NCBI RefSeq assembly: GCF_009914755.1
Contig: NC_060947.1
Reading direction: 5' to 3' (one strand)
DNA length: 64,000 nucleotides
Source: the human T2T-CHM13v2.0 reference genome, Homo sapiens
Under the pieces are notes generated by a model, which had not been told where the DNA came from, made no database searches, and was given only the letters and a program-made list of their open reading frames with translations. Positions 1 to 16,526 of the stretch are shown here, one piece after another; position 1 is the stretch's first letter, and the number at the start of each line of letters is the position of its first letter. The position numbers were made by a program, and so were the translations under genes.

Positions 1-202
1 AACCAAGATGATCCCAGAATTTCAGCAAGTCAGGTCAGACAATCAATTAGTAATATTGGCAGGAGGCTCGCTATATGGAAAACACTGTAAAAGGCTCTCT
101 GGCATTTGAACTTTTCAGAATCTGTTATCTATTTGCACTGTCCAAGCATATAGATGATCTTTCAAAGCCACAAACTGGTAGGGCCACTTAAATAAACTGA
201 GT

Positions 203-420
203 AATAGCAATAACCTCTGCCATTTGTTGAGTACTGTGTGCCAGGTCCTGTGCTAGCAGGGACTTCTGGCATCTAGCCTAGGAGGTGGTGCTACTATTAT
301 CCCCACTGTACAGATGTGAACTGAGGCACAGAAATGTTAAATAACCTGCCTAATGTCACAAAAGCCAGAATGTGAACCCGTGTAGTCTGGCTCTAAAGCT
401 CATGCTCTTGCCTACTACTC
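203..420 (-). mobile_element. MIR SINE
   Basis: Reverse MIR core tattatccccactgtacagatgtgaactgaggcacaga. Confidence 0.75.
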
Positions 421-768
421 TATCCCTCTTCTGTTGGGACACAGAAGGCGGAGAGAACTGATGGAGTGGGGCTCAGTCAGGAAATGTGCCTAAAGGCAGT
501 GGGGTTTAAGCTGATTTTTTATGGACCTTTATTGCCTTTATTGTCCATCATCTCTGCTTTGAGGGCTATCACTAATCATTATTTAAAAAGTAAGAGAAAA
601 TAATTTCAGAAAACCTGAGTCACCAACCATCTCTGACAGAGGGCTAAGTAACCACAAAAGAGCCACTCCAAGGAAAGCCCCTGGCTCCTCTACAACGCTG
701 ATCAAGAAACAGTCATGCCATGTGTGTAAAATGGAACACTACATCACCATTAAAAGCATTATGTTTGG

Positions 769-1079
769 GGCCAGGCGTGGTGGCTCACGCTCGTAATCCC
801 GGCACTTAGGGAGGCCAAGATGGGCAGATCGCCTGAGGTCAGGAGTTGAGATCAGCCTGGCACATGGTGAAACCCTATCTCTACTAAAAATACAAAAATT
901 AGCTGGGCATGGTGGCACACACCTGTAATCCCAGGTACTCAGGAGGCTGAGGCACAGGAATCACTTGAACCCAACAGGCAGAGGTTGCGGTAGCTGAGAT
1001 CATGCCACTGCACTCCAGCCTGGGTGACAGAGTGAGACTCTGTCTCAAATAAATAAATAAATAAATAAAAATAAAAAAG
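769..1079 (+). mobile_element. AluS, full length
   Basis: GGCCAGGCGTGGTGGCTCAC start, two arms, A-rich linker, (TAAA)n tail. Confidence 0.95.
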
Positions 1080-1130
1080 AAGATTATAGAAGAATAAATC
1101 TAAAAGTTAAAAAAAAGAAGTTATGATGTC

Positions 1131-1413
1131 TGGGAGGCTGAGGTAGGATTGCTTCAGCCCAGCAGTTTGAGGCTGCAGTGAGCTATGACCATGCCACTGT
1201 ACTCCAGTCAGGGCAACATAGTGAGAACCCATCTCTACCAAAAAAAAAAAAAAATAGCTGGGCATGGTGGCATGCACCTATAATCCCAGCTACTTGGGAA
1301 GCTGAGGCAGGAAGATCACTTGAAGTTTAGGAGTTTGAGGCTGCAGTGAGCTATGATCATACCACTGCACTCCAGCATGAGTGACAGACAAAGACCCCAT
1401 CTCTAAAAAAAGA
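1131..1413 (+). mobile_element. Old Alu (J/FRAM-type), atypical dimer of two right-arm-like monomers, 5'-truncated
   Basis: Both monomers carry gaggctgcagtgagctatga...ccactg(t/c)actccag. Confidence 0.8.
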
Positions 1414-2236
1414 AAAGTATGGTATTGATTGATATTTATTGGTAGGATAGATGTCCATGCTATGTTGATAAATGTAGTATGATCCCAGTGAAAAATCAAG
1501 ATACAGGTGCACATATGGTCATAGAAATAAGACCAGAAGGATGCATGCCAAAACATCAATAGTATTATCCTGAATGGTTGAGATGTCTTTTAAAAAAAAG
1601 TATTTCCATTTTTTCTGAATTTTTGTAATAATCAAATATTATTTTCATTGTCTAAATGAAAAAAAAAAACATTCGAAAGCATTTCCTTTTGAGAGTAGAA
1701 TATGGCGTGAAGAAGAGAAAGTGGCATGCTCCCAAGGACAAGGAAAAAGAACATGTGGAGCAATAACTAGAAACTTTCCATACACCTTTCACTAAACTTA
1801 TTATAGCACCACCAGAACATAAAAGTTTATTTTCCTTTTCATTGGATAAACTGAAATTATCCTGGCTTCACTGCAGTTAAAATTTATATCTGCTGGGTTT
1901 CTGTATGCTTGGGTTTTAAACAGCTCAGTATTCCGGTTTTACATGACTTTACATGAAAGTTTCAAAGAAGCTGTGCTATATTTGAAACTGCCAACAGCCC
2001 TGCAGGGCATCAGGGGCTCCTGGAGCGGCTGCCTGTGTGGCTGCTGTGCCCACATGAGGCAGGTTCCTGCACGAGGGATCTCAATCAGGATGTACAAGCC
2101 TCACCTTGCAGACCTCAGATGGCTGTCACCACTCTGCCCCGCATTTGCCACAAGTGTGTTTTTCAGGACTCACCCCCGCCCTGTTAAACTTTAGTAGGAT
2201 TCACAAAGAATTAAAAATCAAAAGTCACACATTCCA

Positions 2237-2835
2237 TTTTTCATTGTGGTAAAATACACATAGCATAAAATTTGCCATTTGTGACATTTAGTATATTCAC
2301 AATGTTGTATAACCACCACCTCTATCTAGTTCTGAAACATTTCCATCACCCCAAAGAAAGCTCATACCCATTGAGCAACCACGCCTCTTTCCTCCCTCCT
2401 TCCTAACCCTCCTCCCTACCCAGAATCTGCTATCTCTACAGATTTGCCAGCTTCTGGATATTTTATATAAATGGAATTATGTAATATGTATTCTTTTGTG
2501 ATTGGGTTCTCTCAGCACATTTTCAAGGTTCATCCATGTAGTAGCATGTATCAGGACTTCATCGTTTTTCACGGCTGAATTCTTATTCATTGTACTATCA
2601 TACTATTGTTCATTATATGAATGTGCCATACTTTGTTTATCCACTCATACATACATGGACATGTGGGTTACTTCCACCTTTGGCTGTTGTGAATAGTGCT
2701 GCTATGAAAATCTGTGTACAAGTTTTGTGTAAACACCTGTTTTCAATTCTTTGGGGTATATATACCAAGGAGTGAAACTCCTCAGTCACAGGTAAGTCTG
2801 TTTAACCTATTGTGGCACTGCCAAACTGCTTTCTG
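2237..2835 (-). mobile_element. L1M (L1MB-like) 3' end fragment
   Basis: Reverse L1MB-type 3'UTR (attgtggtaaaatacacatagcataaaatttgccatt) running into ORF2 end (ggggtatatataccaaggagtg). Confidence 0.85.
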
Positions 2836-4357
2836 CACACTCTATTTTTGCTTAGCAGCAGCCACAAAAACATAGGTACAACTTCCATCAAGCATAGCCC
2901 TTCCTCACCTAAAATGTCATACTGAACTTGAAATAAGATCTGATAGCAAAATCTGATCTCAGTACTTCTTGACCAATCATTTCAGGGAAATAAAAATGTA
3001 TTTTAAAAGGCAGTTGTGATTGTATTGATCTTGTGTCCTGTGATTATTATTACTAATCTTGAAGATTTAGATAGCAAGTTACCTTTGCCTTTAGCCAACA
3101 TTGCACTACATTCCTGGCACTAATATTTTATACAGTATAATACTATAATATCACAGTATTATTTAGTTAATCTTATAAAGGATGCTGCCATGATTTTCTC
3201 TTGACTTTAGTAACTAAAGTCATAAGACTCAAAAAAATGCCAAGATGCTCTAGGGTATTGAGAATTCTACGCAGAATTCTGAAACATGAAACGCTAAACA
3301 GCTTTATAAGACATAATTCCATTAAAGTCATCCAGTAAAATGGTGAATCAAAATTTCCTTTTAAAGCTCTGAATCTCAGGGTATTTTCTTACTTGTTGAA
3401 TCATTAAAGTCTAAGCAATGTCTTTCAAATAAACTAAAAAAAAATTAGTTTTAGCATAAACAAGGGCTCAAGAGCCTAAGCCTTCAGACCCTAAGGCATA
3501 CAACAAAATCTAGTTGAGCCTAAATTAAGCCAAGCAGCAGTTTTGGCGACAATTAGGTAGCACCCTTTCTCATTACTTTCAATTTGATATTCATCAAATA
3601 AAATGTGTTTTGCTTCCTGTAATCAGAAGCTGTGCACACCTGCTCATATCCTACCCTCCCTCAGGCTTTCTCTTACACTTGTGGGCCTAAGCTGCCCATA
3701 CAAAACAGAAACCCTTGCCGTATTGCCACTTATATTCCAGCATGTCATACTGTGGTTTTGTTCATTGTTGAATCTGCAGCTAGAGTATTGCCAGACAGTA
3801 GAGGGTGGTAGAGATAGCTGGTAGAATATGTGTCAGAGGAAGGAGAGATGGCAAAATACATCACAGAGAGTCCGACACAAATGTCTGACCAAACAGGTTT
3901 TGCTACAGGCCTAACTAGAGTTTAATGCCATGTACAAAGCTCTTCAACTTCACTGGAGAACAAGGCCACCATAGATGGCCACTTCACTTTGGCTTCATAC
4001 TGCCCACCTCCAGAGGGCACAGTTATAGACTTGTGGTATAAGTGGTTTCTTCCGGAGTTATGCAACATGGTGGCCTCACAAGAGAGACCAAGGAATTCCA
4101 CAGAAAAGGAGAAAAAAGGGGTCACTGTAGACTATCAGAAAACTACTCCAGCTGAGGTCACAAGCTTGTTTTCAATTGGGAGGCAGTCTGGAAAAAGTGT
4201 GAGCTTTCAAATTACATTGACTTGTATTAAAATTCTAGTCCCACTAATTCACCAGTAAATGGGAACTGTGGTAAACTACTCAACTTCTCTGAATCTGAGT
4301 TCCTTATCTGTGAAATGGGACAAGACCACTTGTGAAATAGAATTTTATTTTCCTATA

Positions 4358-5315
<958 letters not shown>

Positions 5316-5848
5316 AAAATGAGGATTAAGTTAGCAAGATATAAAAAGCATTCAGCATAGTACCTTGAACTATGAATGCTCAATAAATAATAGCAATTTT
5401 TACTATTTTCACCATCTCACAATGGAGATAATTTCAAGTTGTATTAAACTGAAAGCACTACTTCTCTTAAGTAAGTTTACCTTGGAGAAATGTGAAATGC
5501 TTTTGATGACTCTGAAACCTTAGAATCTATCTGCAGGATATAAAATGAAAATGGCATGCTTGTTTTAAACAGTCATATTCAGGAGTAAGTCTAAAGTGCT
5601 AAAGAAATAAACTCCAGGTGTGCCTTCTTTTATACAATGAATAGATCTGAAATGCTCCATAAATACTTAATTTTTAGAAATTGAATTAGATGCCCTCTTT
5701 CACTCTCTATTACATATAAAGATATGCTATCTTTATCTTGGTCATTTTAAATTGGCAGTGGCATCTAACATCATAGCTTTAAATTCCTCTAATTTCTGTC
5801 AAGTTCTTAATGACAAGCAAGGACACTGAACCCTGAAATAAATAATAA

Positions 5849-6139
<291 letters not shown>

Positions 6140-7143
6140 TTAAAGAAATCCTTTTGAAACTAAATAATATTTACATACTATAAATAATAACAGCCAAATT
6201 CATCTGCCTTGTAAATTGATTTTTGGATATATTTTCTCAAAAAGAAGTACATCTGCAGTGAAAATCATTGACCCTGTTGTCTTATTCCAAATAAATATAA
6301 GCAGCTTCATGTTTTCTCTGTATTACTGTTGTATGTAATCTTCATTTCATATCAACTATAATACTATGGTTTTTCCTGTTTTGACATGTAGTGGAATGTA
6401 CATGGTAATTTTAATTTATTTAGTTTGAAATTCAGTATGTCTTGGTGCACTAGACTTCAGGCCTGTTTAAGTGTAGCCAAACAAAATGAGATATTTTCAT
6501 GCAGTTAAGAGTAATTGCTGTATACCATTAACAGTCTATTCTTCATAGAAGTATAATTTTAGAAATCCTTTAAAATGTTCATCTATAATTCTTCCATGAT
6601 TTGGTACAATATGCATTTAAACAAGCTAAAGCAACAGTGGGTTTTTTAGTTTTGTTTTTTAAATTGTGTCAACATTTTTGGTAACTGGTAACAGCAAATG
6701 AAGTCTCAATACTGGTGCTTAACTTGCAAGGTAAGCAGAAGGAGTGAATATTCATTTCATTTACAAGCAGAGTTCTTCGTTTTCTACCACTGCCTTTGCA
6801 TTAACACCCACTTTATGTTCAGGGATTATTTGTCTCCAAGCAAATCCCACCTGTTTGGCTTTTTGTTTTTAACTGTCTCTCACTTGGTTCCCGATGGTTT
6901 AGAGGCCTACAAGACCATGGTGAGCTCTGTGACAATCAGGGGGCCTTACATGATGAAGGGTGCCTCCAAATAAACCCACAGGTACTTATTGATCACACAA
7001 CGGTTGAATACAAAACACAGTCTGTGCCATATTGGTGCTTGTAATCAATTTAGTAATTCAAGACTTACTCATATCAAATAATTATCAGTAATATAATCAG
7101 ATTCTTAAATCTTTTTGAACACACACTTTAAAATATAAAATTT

Positions 7144-7441
7144 GGTCCAGGCACAGAGTTTCTTGCCTGTAATTCTAGCAACTTGGGAGGCCAAGGTGGG
7201 AGGGTGACTTGAAGCCAAGAGTTCAAGGCCAACCTGGGAAACCTAATGAGACTCCATCTCTACCAAAACGTTAAAAAATTAACCAGGCATGGTAGCACAT
7301 GCCTGTAATCCCAGCTACTCGGGAGGCTGAGGTAGGAGGATCATTTGAGCCAAGGAGGTCAAAGTTGTAGTGAGCTATGATCGTTCTGCTGTATGCCAGC
7401 CTGGGTGACAGAACAAGACCATGTCTCAAAGGAAAACAAAA
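7144..7441 (+). mobile_element. AluJ
   Basis: Two diverged arms, gtgagctatgat diagnostic, A tail. Confidence 0.9.
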
Positions 7442-7479
7442 TGGTATATATATATATATATGGGCTTTACTCCATTATA

Positions 7480-7885
7480 AAAGTAATACATTTCCAATTA
7501 TAGAGATTTTGGATAATATGCAAAAGCAAGGAAAAAAAAGAAAAGAAAAACCATACACACCCCTGCCACCGAAATATAACCAAGTAAACATCCTGGTACA
7601 CTCCTCTGCAGTCTCTTTACTATGCATGGGCATTTGTCTTTTTCTTAATAGGTGTGAACATATTTTCATCTTTTTCACTTAACTAATACATTTCCATGTT
7701 ATTACAGACTATTCTGAAACCAAAATGCTAAACCATACTTCTGTTACTAGATATTACACATTTTTTTTCCAAATTTTTATATAAATAATGCCATAATGAG
7801 CATCTATATGCATAAACATTTGTCTGTATTTACAATTATTCCCTTCGGATGGTGTTCCAGAAGTACAATTAGTGAGGCAAAACAA
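7480..7885 (-). mobile_element. Old L1ME-like fragment
   Basis: Degenerate reverse L1 3' motifs (aagtaatacat..., tataaataatgccataatgagcatc). Confidence 0.5.
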
Positions 7886-7895
7886 AGGAACATTT

Positions 7896-8130
7896 GACCA
7901 GCTTAGGCAACATAGCAAGACCCCGTCTCTACAGACATTTTTAAAAATTAGCTCGACATTGTGGTGTGTGCCTGCAGTCCCAGCTACTTGGGAGGCTGAG
8001 AGGCAGGAGAATCGCTTGAGTCCAGGAGTTTGAGGCTTCAGTGAGTTATGATAGTACCACTGCACTCCAGCCTGGGTGACAGAGTGAGAAAGTGTCTCAA
8101 AAATGAAAAGTAAAATAAAAATTTAAAAGA
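7896..8130 (+). mobile_element. 5'-truncated AluJ
   Basis: Starts at gaccagcttaggcaacatagcaagacccc; complete right arm and A-rich tail. Confidence 0.9.
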
Positions 8131-8279
8131 AACTAACACTTAAAAAGGTCTTGACACATAGTACTAAGCTGCTTTTACCCTTCCATCAGCAATGAGTAAG
8201 AGCCCACAGCAATGGAATATCCTTTCAAAAAGTGTTTCCTGTCAAACATGGAGACAGAAGTAAAAGAAAAAAAAAAGTG

Positions 8280-8593
<314 letters not shown>

Positions 8594-9146
8594 TAAAAAG
8601 TGTTTCCTAATTCAACAAGTAAAAATGATGTCTCATTTTAATCAATAATAATTTGATTACTAATAAACTTCAACATCTCTTCCCCTTATTTGTTAAGAAA
8701 TATTTCTTCTATTGTGTTCTGTCTGCACACATCCCTTGTCCATGAATCCATTCATTCATTCATTCAATAAACACTGATTAAATATTAACTTTATGTCAAA
8801 TGATGGAGAATAATAGAGGAATGGACCAGATTTGACCCCCAACCCTCAATATCTACATCCTAGAATTAATCACAGACTAGAGGGAAAGCCAAGTCAAGGA
8901 AGCAGAAAAAGTGCTACAATAAAGATATGTCCAAAAGCTCCGAGAAAGTACCCCTCATCCAGTCTGACATGTGTATACATATAGCGAGAAATCCAGGAAA
9001 GCTTCACAGCAGAGGTGGTAGCAGAGCAGATCTTGAAGATGAAAGGCAATCTGCCAACCAGAGAAGTGGGAGCTGAGTAAGGGAAGGAGGCTGAGAGGAA
9101 TGGGAGAAAGAATCATATCCTCAAAGATTCAAAGAGGGCAAGAAGA

Positions 9147-9450
<304 letters not shown>

Positions 9451-9499
9451 AAAGAGGGCAAGAAGATGGTATAATACATCTGAGAAGCTGTACAAAGTG

Positions 9500-9715
9500 T
9501 TAATAACAGGCACAGACATTATCAAGAGCTCAGGGTATGTCAAACATTGATCTGCTTCACACACATAGACTCATTTAACCCTCATGACAATCCTTTCAGT
9601 AGGAACTTGGTTCCCATTTTACTGATGAGGAACTAAGGCCCAGAGAGCTTTAACAGATTGCCCAAGGGCACAGTACTATTAATAGTAAGTGGTGGAGCCA
9701 AGAATTGAACCACAA
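9500..9715 (-). mobile_element. MIR SINE
   Basis: tcatttaaccctcatgacaatcc...cccattttactgatgaggaactaaggcccagagag. Confidence 0.75.
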
Positions 9716-10952
9716 TGTTCAGGATTCATAGAATGATTAGAATATAGTGAAAACAAAGCAAGAGATAAATTAGAGAGCTGGCAGGCGGGGCCCACTCATG
9801 AGAGATGCATGTGTACGCCATGTAGGATACCCAGGTTTTCTTCTTTTGGTGAACGGAATCTCTTGAAGGGTGTTGAGCAAGACAGCAATATGAGCAGAGA
9901 GTTAGAAGCCCCACCACTCAGGAAGCAATGCAGAGGTAGGCACGGGAGTGCATCTGAGATGAAGAGAATGGGCTGAGGTTGCAGCTCAGAGGCATAAACT
10001 AGAATTGAATGTGCTGGGCCTCGGATGGACTCTAAGCCTCTTGTTGAGTGTTAGGGAGACAGGGCCATCATGGAAGCCAGCTTTGGACAGCAGGAGGGAC
10101 ACCTTTTCTACCGAGATGAAAAAGGAATGGCAAGTTGTGGATGTGGGGGCATGGGTGTGGTTTACATCTCAGGATCTCTATATGCTCTATTAACCTGGAG
10201 ATGAGGTTTTCTGTTATAAATTGGAGGAAAATGGTGAAGTTAGGAGCTTAAGAGTGAGAAAGTCTGAAATATCCATTGTGGAGAGTGGAAACAGGTACAA
10301 CTAGGCCTTGATTCCCTCCTTAACTGCTTCTTCATCCTCAGCTACTCACTGATCCATCAGTTGTCCAGTTTGTCATCTGTGACTTTGATTTCTATTGGCC
10401 CTTTCCTTTTGGACCTTATTGGTCCTTTCCTTTCAGCATATAGAATGTTCATGTCTCTCTCAACTTAAAACAACAGCAAAACCCAGCCCATGACCTTCTG
10501 CCCGGTAAAGTCATCCTGGTAGTGTCCACCAGCCTGGCAGAACCTGTCTTCCACAGCAGCCTGGTGACAACAAGAAGCCACAGCAGCAGTGTTTGGCAGT
10601 GGTCTGGCCCTCTCCAGACAAAATAAGCATCCCTGGGGTTCCTGGACAATGAAGGGCAAAGGAAAAGAGAACAGGTCTCAAGAATATACTGACAAATCTC
10701 CAAGAGGAATTCAAGATAATATGGCAAATGGGAATTAAATGAGAAAGTAAAAGAGAGGTGACCATATGCCAATCTGGAGCAGGTGGAATGTGTCATGATG
10801 GTTCAAGGGCAATCAAGAGTTCACATTTATGGTGAGGATTTCTCTTGATTTTTTTTCCTCCTGTCATCTTATTTTGTGTTTTCAGTTTTTCATGTATTGT
10901 TACCATTACCTTATATTGATTGCTTCTTGTCTTTTGCAATACATCCTAAATA

Positions 10953-12075
<1,123 letters not shown>

Positions 12076-12369
12076 TATTTGGTTTGCTCTTAGGTTCTGC
12101 AATTCCATTTAGAATCTTATTCTTGATTAACTTGAAATTGCCCTAAAATATCTTAAACCTATATATACCTAATTATCAAAGAAATGGATGAAATATGATT
12201 TCACATTCAGATAAAATATGAGGAATTTTGCCCTTAGTCTCCTTATACTCTCTTTCTGAGTTTCGGTTATTTTATCTGTGGCATAACCCATTTCATCTAC
12301 CTTTTTAATTTTTCTAATCATGTCATTCACCTCTTTGAAACAATGTTTTCACTTTGAATTCACATATGT

Positions 12370-12371
<2 letters not shown>

Positions 12372-12405
<34 letters not shown>
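12372..12405. repeat. (GT)17 microsatellite
   Basis: Direct count. Confidence 0.97.
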
Positions 12406-12408
<3 letters not shown>

Positions 12409-13184
12409 AAACCTGTTTTAATGTCCAATGCTGCTCCAATTTTTAAAGATATGATGTCCTCCTGAGTTCTTAATTTTGATTTTTTCATCATATTCTGGAT
12501 TAAGTTATTAAGGTAATATATTACTTTGAGCAATTTACTAAAGAAACTAGATATTTTTTGTTTTCTTAAAGGTTTAAAAAACATTTCTATTGTTCCATGC
12601 ATAAAAAACAACTTGTTTACCCTCAAAGCACTGAAGATTTAACCACTGCCTCTGTGTATTGCCTGAGGTCATATCTTTTTGGGTTTTAGGGCATTGGTTC
12701 TGCTGGTGATGGTGGTATTTTTAAGCGTTGTTTTGGATAAGTTTGCTTTGATTCTTATAAGAGTCTTCTATGTGACCTTTCACATTTTTACCAAGGTATA
12801 TTTAATGATCTCTTTTCGTATATTTTACAGGGATCAGAGTGAATTCTCTCAATTTACAAATACTTTACTTAGCTTAGAAAATGATTTTTTTAAACGATCT
12901 TTGATTATCACTTTAGCTACATTTATTTAGTTCTCTCTCTACCTTCGTTTCTGCTCTCTTCTTTGTCATTGTTTCAATCCCTCTCTAATTTTGCTCTCTT
13001 GGTGGTATTTCTAAAGATAGTTCTCTGGTTTATTACCAAGTTTCTGCAGTGTCCAGTTTTCTATTAGTGCCTCTAATTTTTAATTCAGAAAATGTGTTTT
13101 GTAAGTTCTAACACATCTTTCTTTATTCTTCTCTGCTTGCTTCTCAAAATGGCTTGCTCCTGCTGAGACTCTGATATATTTTGT

Positions 13185-13785
13185 TGTGACCATAATGAAA
13201 ATTCTAAGGCCCCCCAACCATCTGAATGGACCCCTCCTCTCAACCAAGGGCATTCCAAAGTTAACCTGAAAAACTAGTTCAAGCCATGATGGGAAGTGGG
13301 AGCCAGACATGCTTCATTATACCCTCCTCCCTTGTGGAATTACTGATAGAACAGACTTTTTAAGTCCATTAGAAACATGTACAATCTATTCTCTCTGAAG
13401 CCTGTTACCTGGAGGCTTCATCTGCATAGTAAAACCTTGGTCTTCACAACCCCTTATAATGACACAGACAATCCTTTCTATTGGTAATAACTCTTTCAAC
13501 CCATTGCTAATCAGAACATCTTTAAATCTACCTATGACCCGAAAGCCTGCCCCACCCCCGACCCCTTCAAATTGTCCCACCTTCCTGGACCAAACCAATG
13601 TACATCTTACATATATTTATTGAAGTCTGAAGTCCCCCTAAAATACATAAACCAAGCTGTGCCCTGATCTACGTTGGGCACATGTCTCGGGACCTCCTCA
13701 GGCTCTGTCATGGGCATGTCCCTAACCCTGGCAAAATAAACTTTCTAAATTGATTGAGACCTTTCTCAGATACTTTTGATTTACA
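13185..13785 (+). mobile_element. MER4A-like solo LTR (ERV1)
   Basis: TG...CA termini; aaattctaaggccccccaaccatctgaatggacccctcctc; AATAAA near 13735. Confidence 0.85.
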
Positions 13786-15183
13786 ATAACGTAACTAGTT
13801 TCCTACAACAAACAAACAAAAACTAACTTTTCACACAATAAAACTAACTTTTCAGAATCTGTATGGATTCTCCTGTACTGCGTGGTTTAGTTTTTCTCTG
13901 CTCATGCAACTTTACAAAGAGGTCTCTAGAACAGTCCTGGGCATTGGTGTGTGGCTATGGTTCACAAATTCCACAGGCTCTGTCACAGATGGCATGCATG
14001 TGTATGTGTCCGTGTGTGTAGACAGAGGGAGAGTGGTCAAGGAAAGGAGGGACCTAGTTGTATCCATTCTAAATAAATGTGCCAAATCACTATGAAAAGA
14101 GGGCACATTTATTTAGGGAAGGAGGGTGGGAGGGAGGAAGAAAGACCAGCTTTTGATTTAGAGACCAAGAAGCCAAATTTGGGATAGGTGTTTGGTAGGA
14201 AAAGAAGAGGATGAGGGGCAGAGTAAAAGCTGGGAGCCTTGTGCCAATACCCCAACCACTGACAAAGGAATTCCAAGAGAGGCTCTCCATGCAGTGTTCC
14301 AGAGTTGTGTAGTTCACAACCAGCACAACCCTTAGCAGTGGCTCTTCCCTGGGACCACTGACTCACATGGAAGCCCCAGGGTAGACTTTTGGGCTTGTGC
14401 TCAATTGACAAATAGTCATTAAGGCAACTAGGTCTCTCATGCCAGGAAATAAATCAAAAAGGCAGAAATATAAGTCCATCAATGAATAAAATGATTTACT
14501 TCCTTCCCAGAATATGAAGTAGGAGAATTTCTTACATTTTATTGTTGTGGCTTATTTTTTTTATTTGTTTTGGGTCTTCTATGAAGAATTCTGAGCTTGG
14601 GAGAGGGTAGTACTGGGCTGAGAATCAAATCTGAATTAGAAGTCATAGACACGATCTAGGCAAGTTACCCGGCTACGTTTTGACAGTGGCTGGAATTTTG
14701 AAACTTTACAATGTCAGTAAGAAATCATTTTCAATCCAGATAATGTAATGAGAACTTGTTCTTGGCTCCTTGTTTTAAACATTCTGTGCTTAAATTCTAT
14801 GTAATGGATCCCAGCATGTAACCACAGAACATCAGTACCAAATATAGCAGTTTTCAAAGTAATGGAAGAAATCCATATGCTGATAGCTTCATCTCTAAAA
14901 CTTAGGTGGCTCTAAATCAAAAAATAAAGTAAATATGCTCACCTAGTAAGTGTTTCACATTTCTACTTATAAAATATAAGGGAAAATGAGCACGAATTAA
15001 TTAAGATCAAACAAAATGGGGGAGCTGGTTGTCAGTTATAACCCTAACTTCCCTGCCACTTCAGGGGCCCAGCCATATTCCAGCTTAGGGAGGGAGTGTG
15101 CAACTCTAGCAGGCGCTGGCACAAAGTTCTACCCAGGTTACAGAATGGTGACTCGCAGGGTCCAATTTGTACTGAGCTCATTT

Positions 15184-15197
15184 GTCGCAATGGTAAC
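15184..15197. promoter_or_regulatory. RFX X-box-like motif GTCGCAATGGTAAC
   Basis: One mismatch to GTHNYYATRRNAAC, in non-repeat sequence; function not shown. Confidence 0.3.
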
Positions 15198-15384
15198 TAG
15201 CCACAACCAGAGCCACTTCATGCCCAAGCCTCCTGCAGCAGAGAATTAAACCTGCATGGTGGCAGCAGATACAACCAGTGCAGGGGCCTCTGTGCCTCAA
15301 GGGGCAGTGAGCTTTTCTCAAAGTCATTTCCATTCCCTCTGTGGGATACTGCATCATTGCCTTCAATACTTCCCTCTCACTATC

Positions 15385-15832
15385 TATGCCCTTTCCTGTG
15401 TCGCTTTGCTGTCGCACTCTCTAAAGGGGCACAATTTTCCTGCTCTTTGACAATGGGGTCAGCCACAGGACTTGTTCTGGCCAAGAGAATGACGTGGAAG
15501 TCAAAGTGTGCCAGTTCTGCGCCTAGGCCTCAAGAGGTCTTCTTGTTTCCCACTCTGACTGCACTTCTGCCATCGCCATGAGAACGACATACTTGGGTTA
15601 GCCCGCTGCTCCTTGAAGGAGAATGACAGACATATGGAACAGAGCCATCCCAGCTGGGCCCAGCTCAGATCAACGAACCCTCAGCCAACCCACGGACCTG
15701 TAAGCTAAATAAATGTGTGTGTGTGTGGTTTTTTTTGTTGTTGTTGCTGTTTTGTTTTTTTGTTTTTTTGCGTGACAGATATTTTCAGGTCATTTATTAC
15801 ACATCAAAATTCTGGCAATTGATTATTGATGT
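15385..15832 (+). mobile_element. MLT1 (ERVL-MaLR, H/I-like) solo LTR
   Basis: gccacaggacttgttctggccaa...gccagttctgcgcctaggcctcaagag...ccatgagaac...aataaatg. Confidence 0.7.
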
Positions 15833-16196
15833 ACTCTCCTAAGTCCTGCCTTCTTGCACTTTCTTCTCCTTCACACCCCAGTGCTATGAGGCAGCTTCAA
15901 ACCCCAGTGTTAAGCTGGACCTCAGAAAGTTGGACACCTGGGCTATGGCACATGATGCCTCTGGCAGAATTAATTTGACTGAACAGTATTCTGATGGAAT
16001 GATATTATTTTCTTCTAGGGAATACTGTCAGAAACAGCCACCTGGACCTTATCCCTGGGTATCCTGGGGCACGCTACTGAGACCACCACTCACCTACCAG
16101 AGAGTCCTTTCTGTGAGTGGCCAGTGGAGAAAGTCTTTCTTGCACTCTGCATTAGGATCCCTTTTCCTAAGCAACTTGGCTTATTGTTGCTTTATG

Positions 16197-16526
16197 TTTT
16201 TTGTGTTTTGGGTTTTGTTTTTTGTTTGTTTGCTTGTTTTTTGAGACAGGGTCTCACTCTGTTGTCCAACTTAAGAGTATAGTGGTGTGATCACAGCTCC
16301 CTGCAGCCTCGACCTCCCCAGGTTCAGGTGATCCTCCCACCTCAGCCTCCCTAGTAGCAGGGACCACAGGTGTGCACCACCATGTCCAGCTAATTTTTAT
16401 ATTTCTAGTAGAGATGGGGTTTCACCATGTTGCCCAGGTTGGTCAGAAATTCCTGGGCTCAAGTGGTCCACCAGCCTTGGCCTGCCACAGTGCTGAGACT
16501 ACAGGCATGAGCCACCACACCCAGCT
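16197..16526 (-). mobile_element. AluJb-like
   Basis: Reverse Alu; degenerate TSD ttattgttgctttatg / ttatagttactttatg. Confidence 0.9.

Noticed and set aside
13304-13720. p53 half-sites in MER4A (AGACATGCTT, GGGCATGTCC)
   Set aside because: Isolated half-sites about 400 bp apart, not a full response element.
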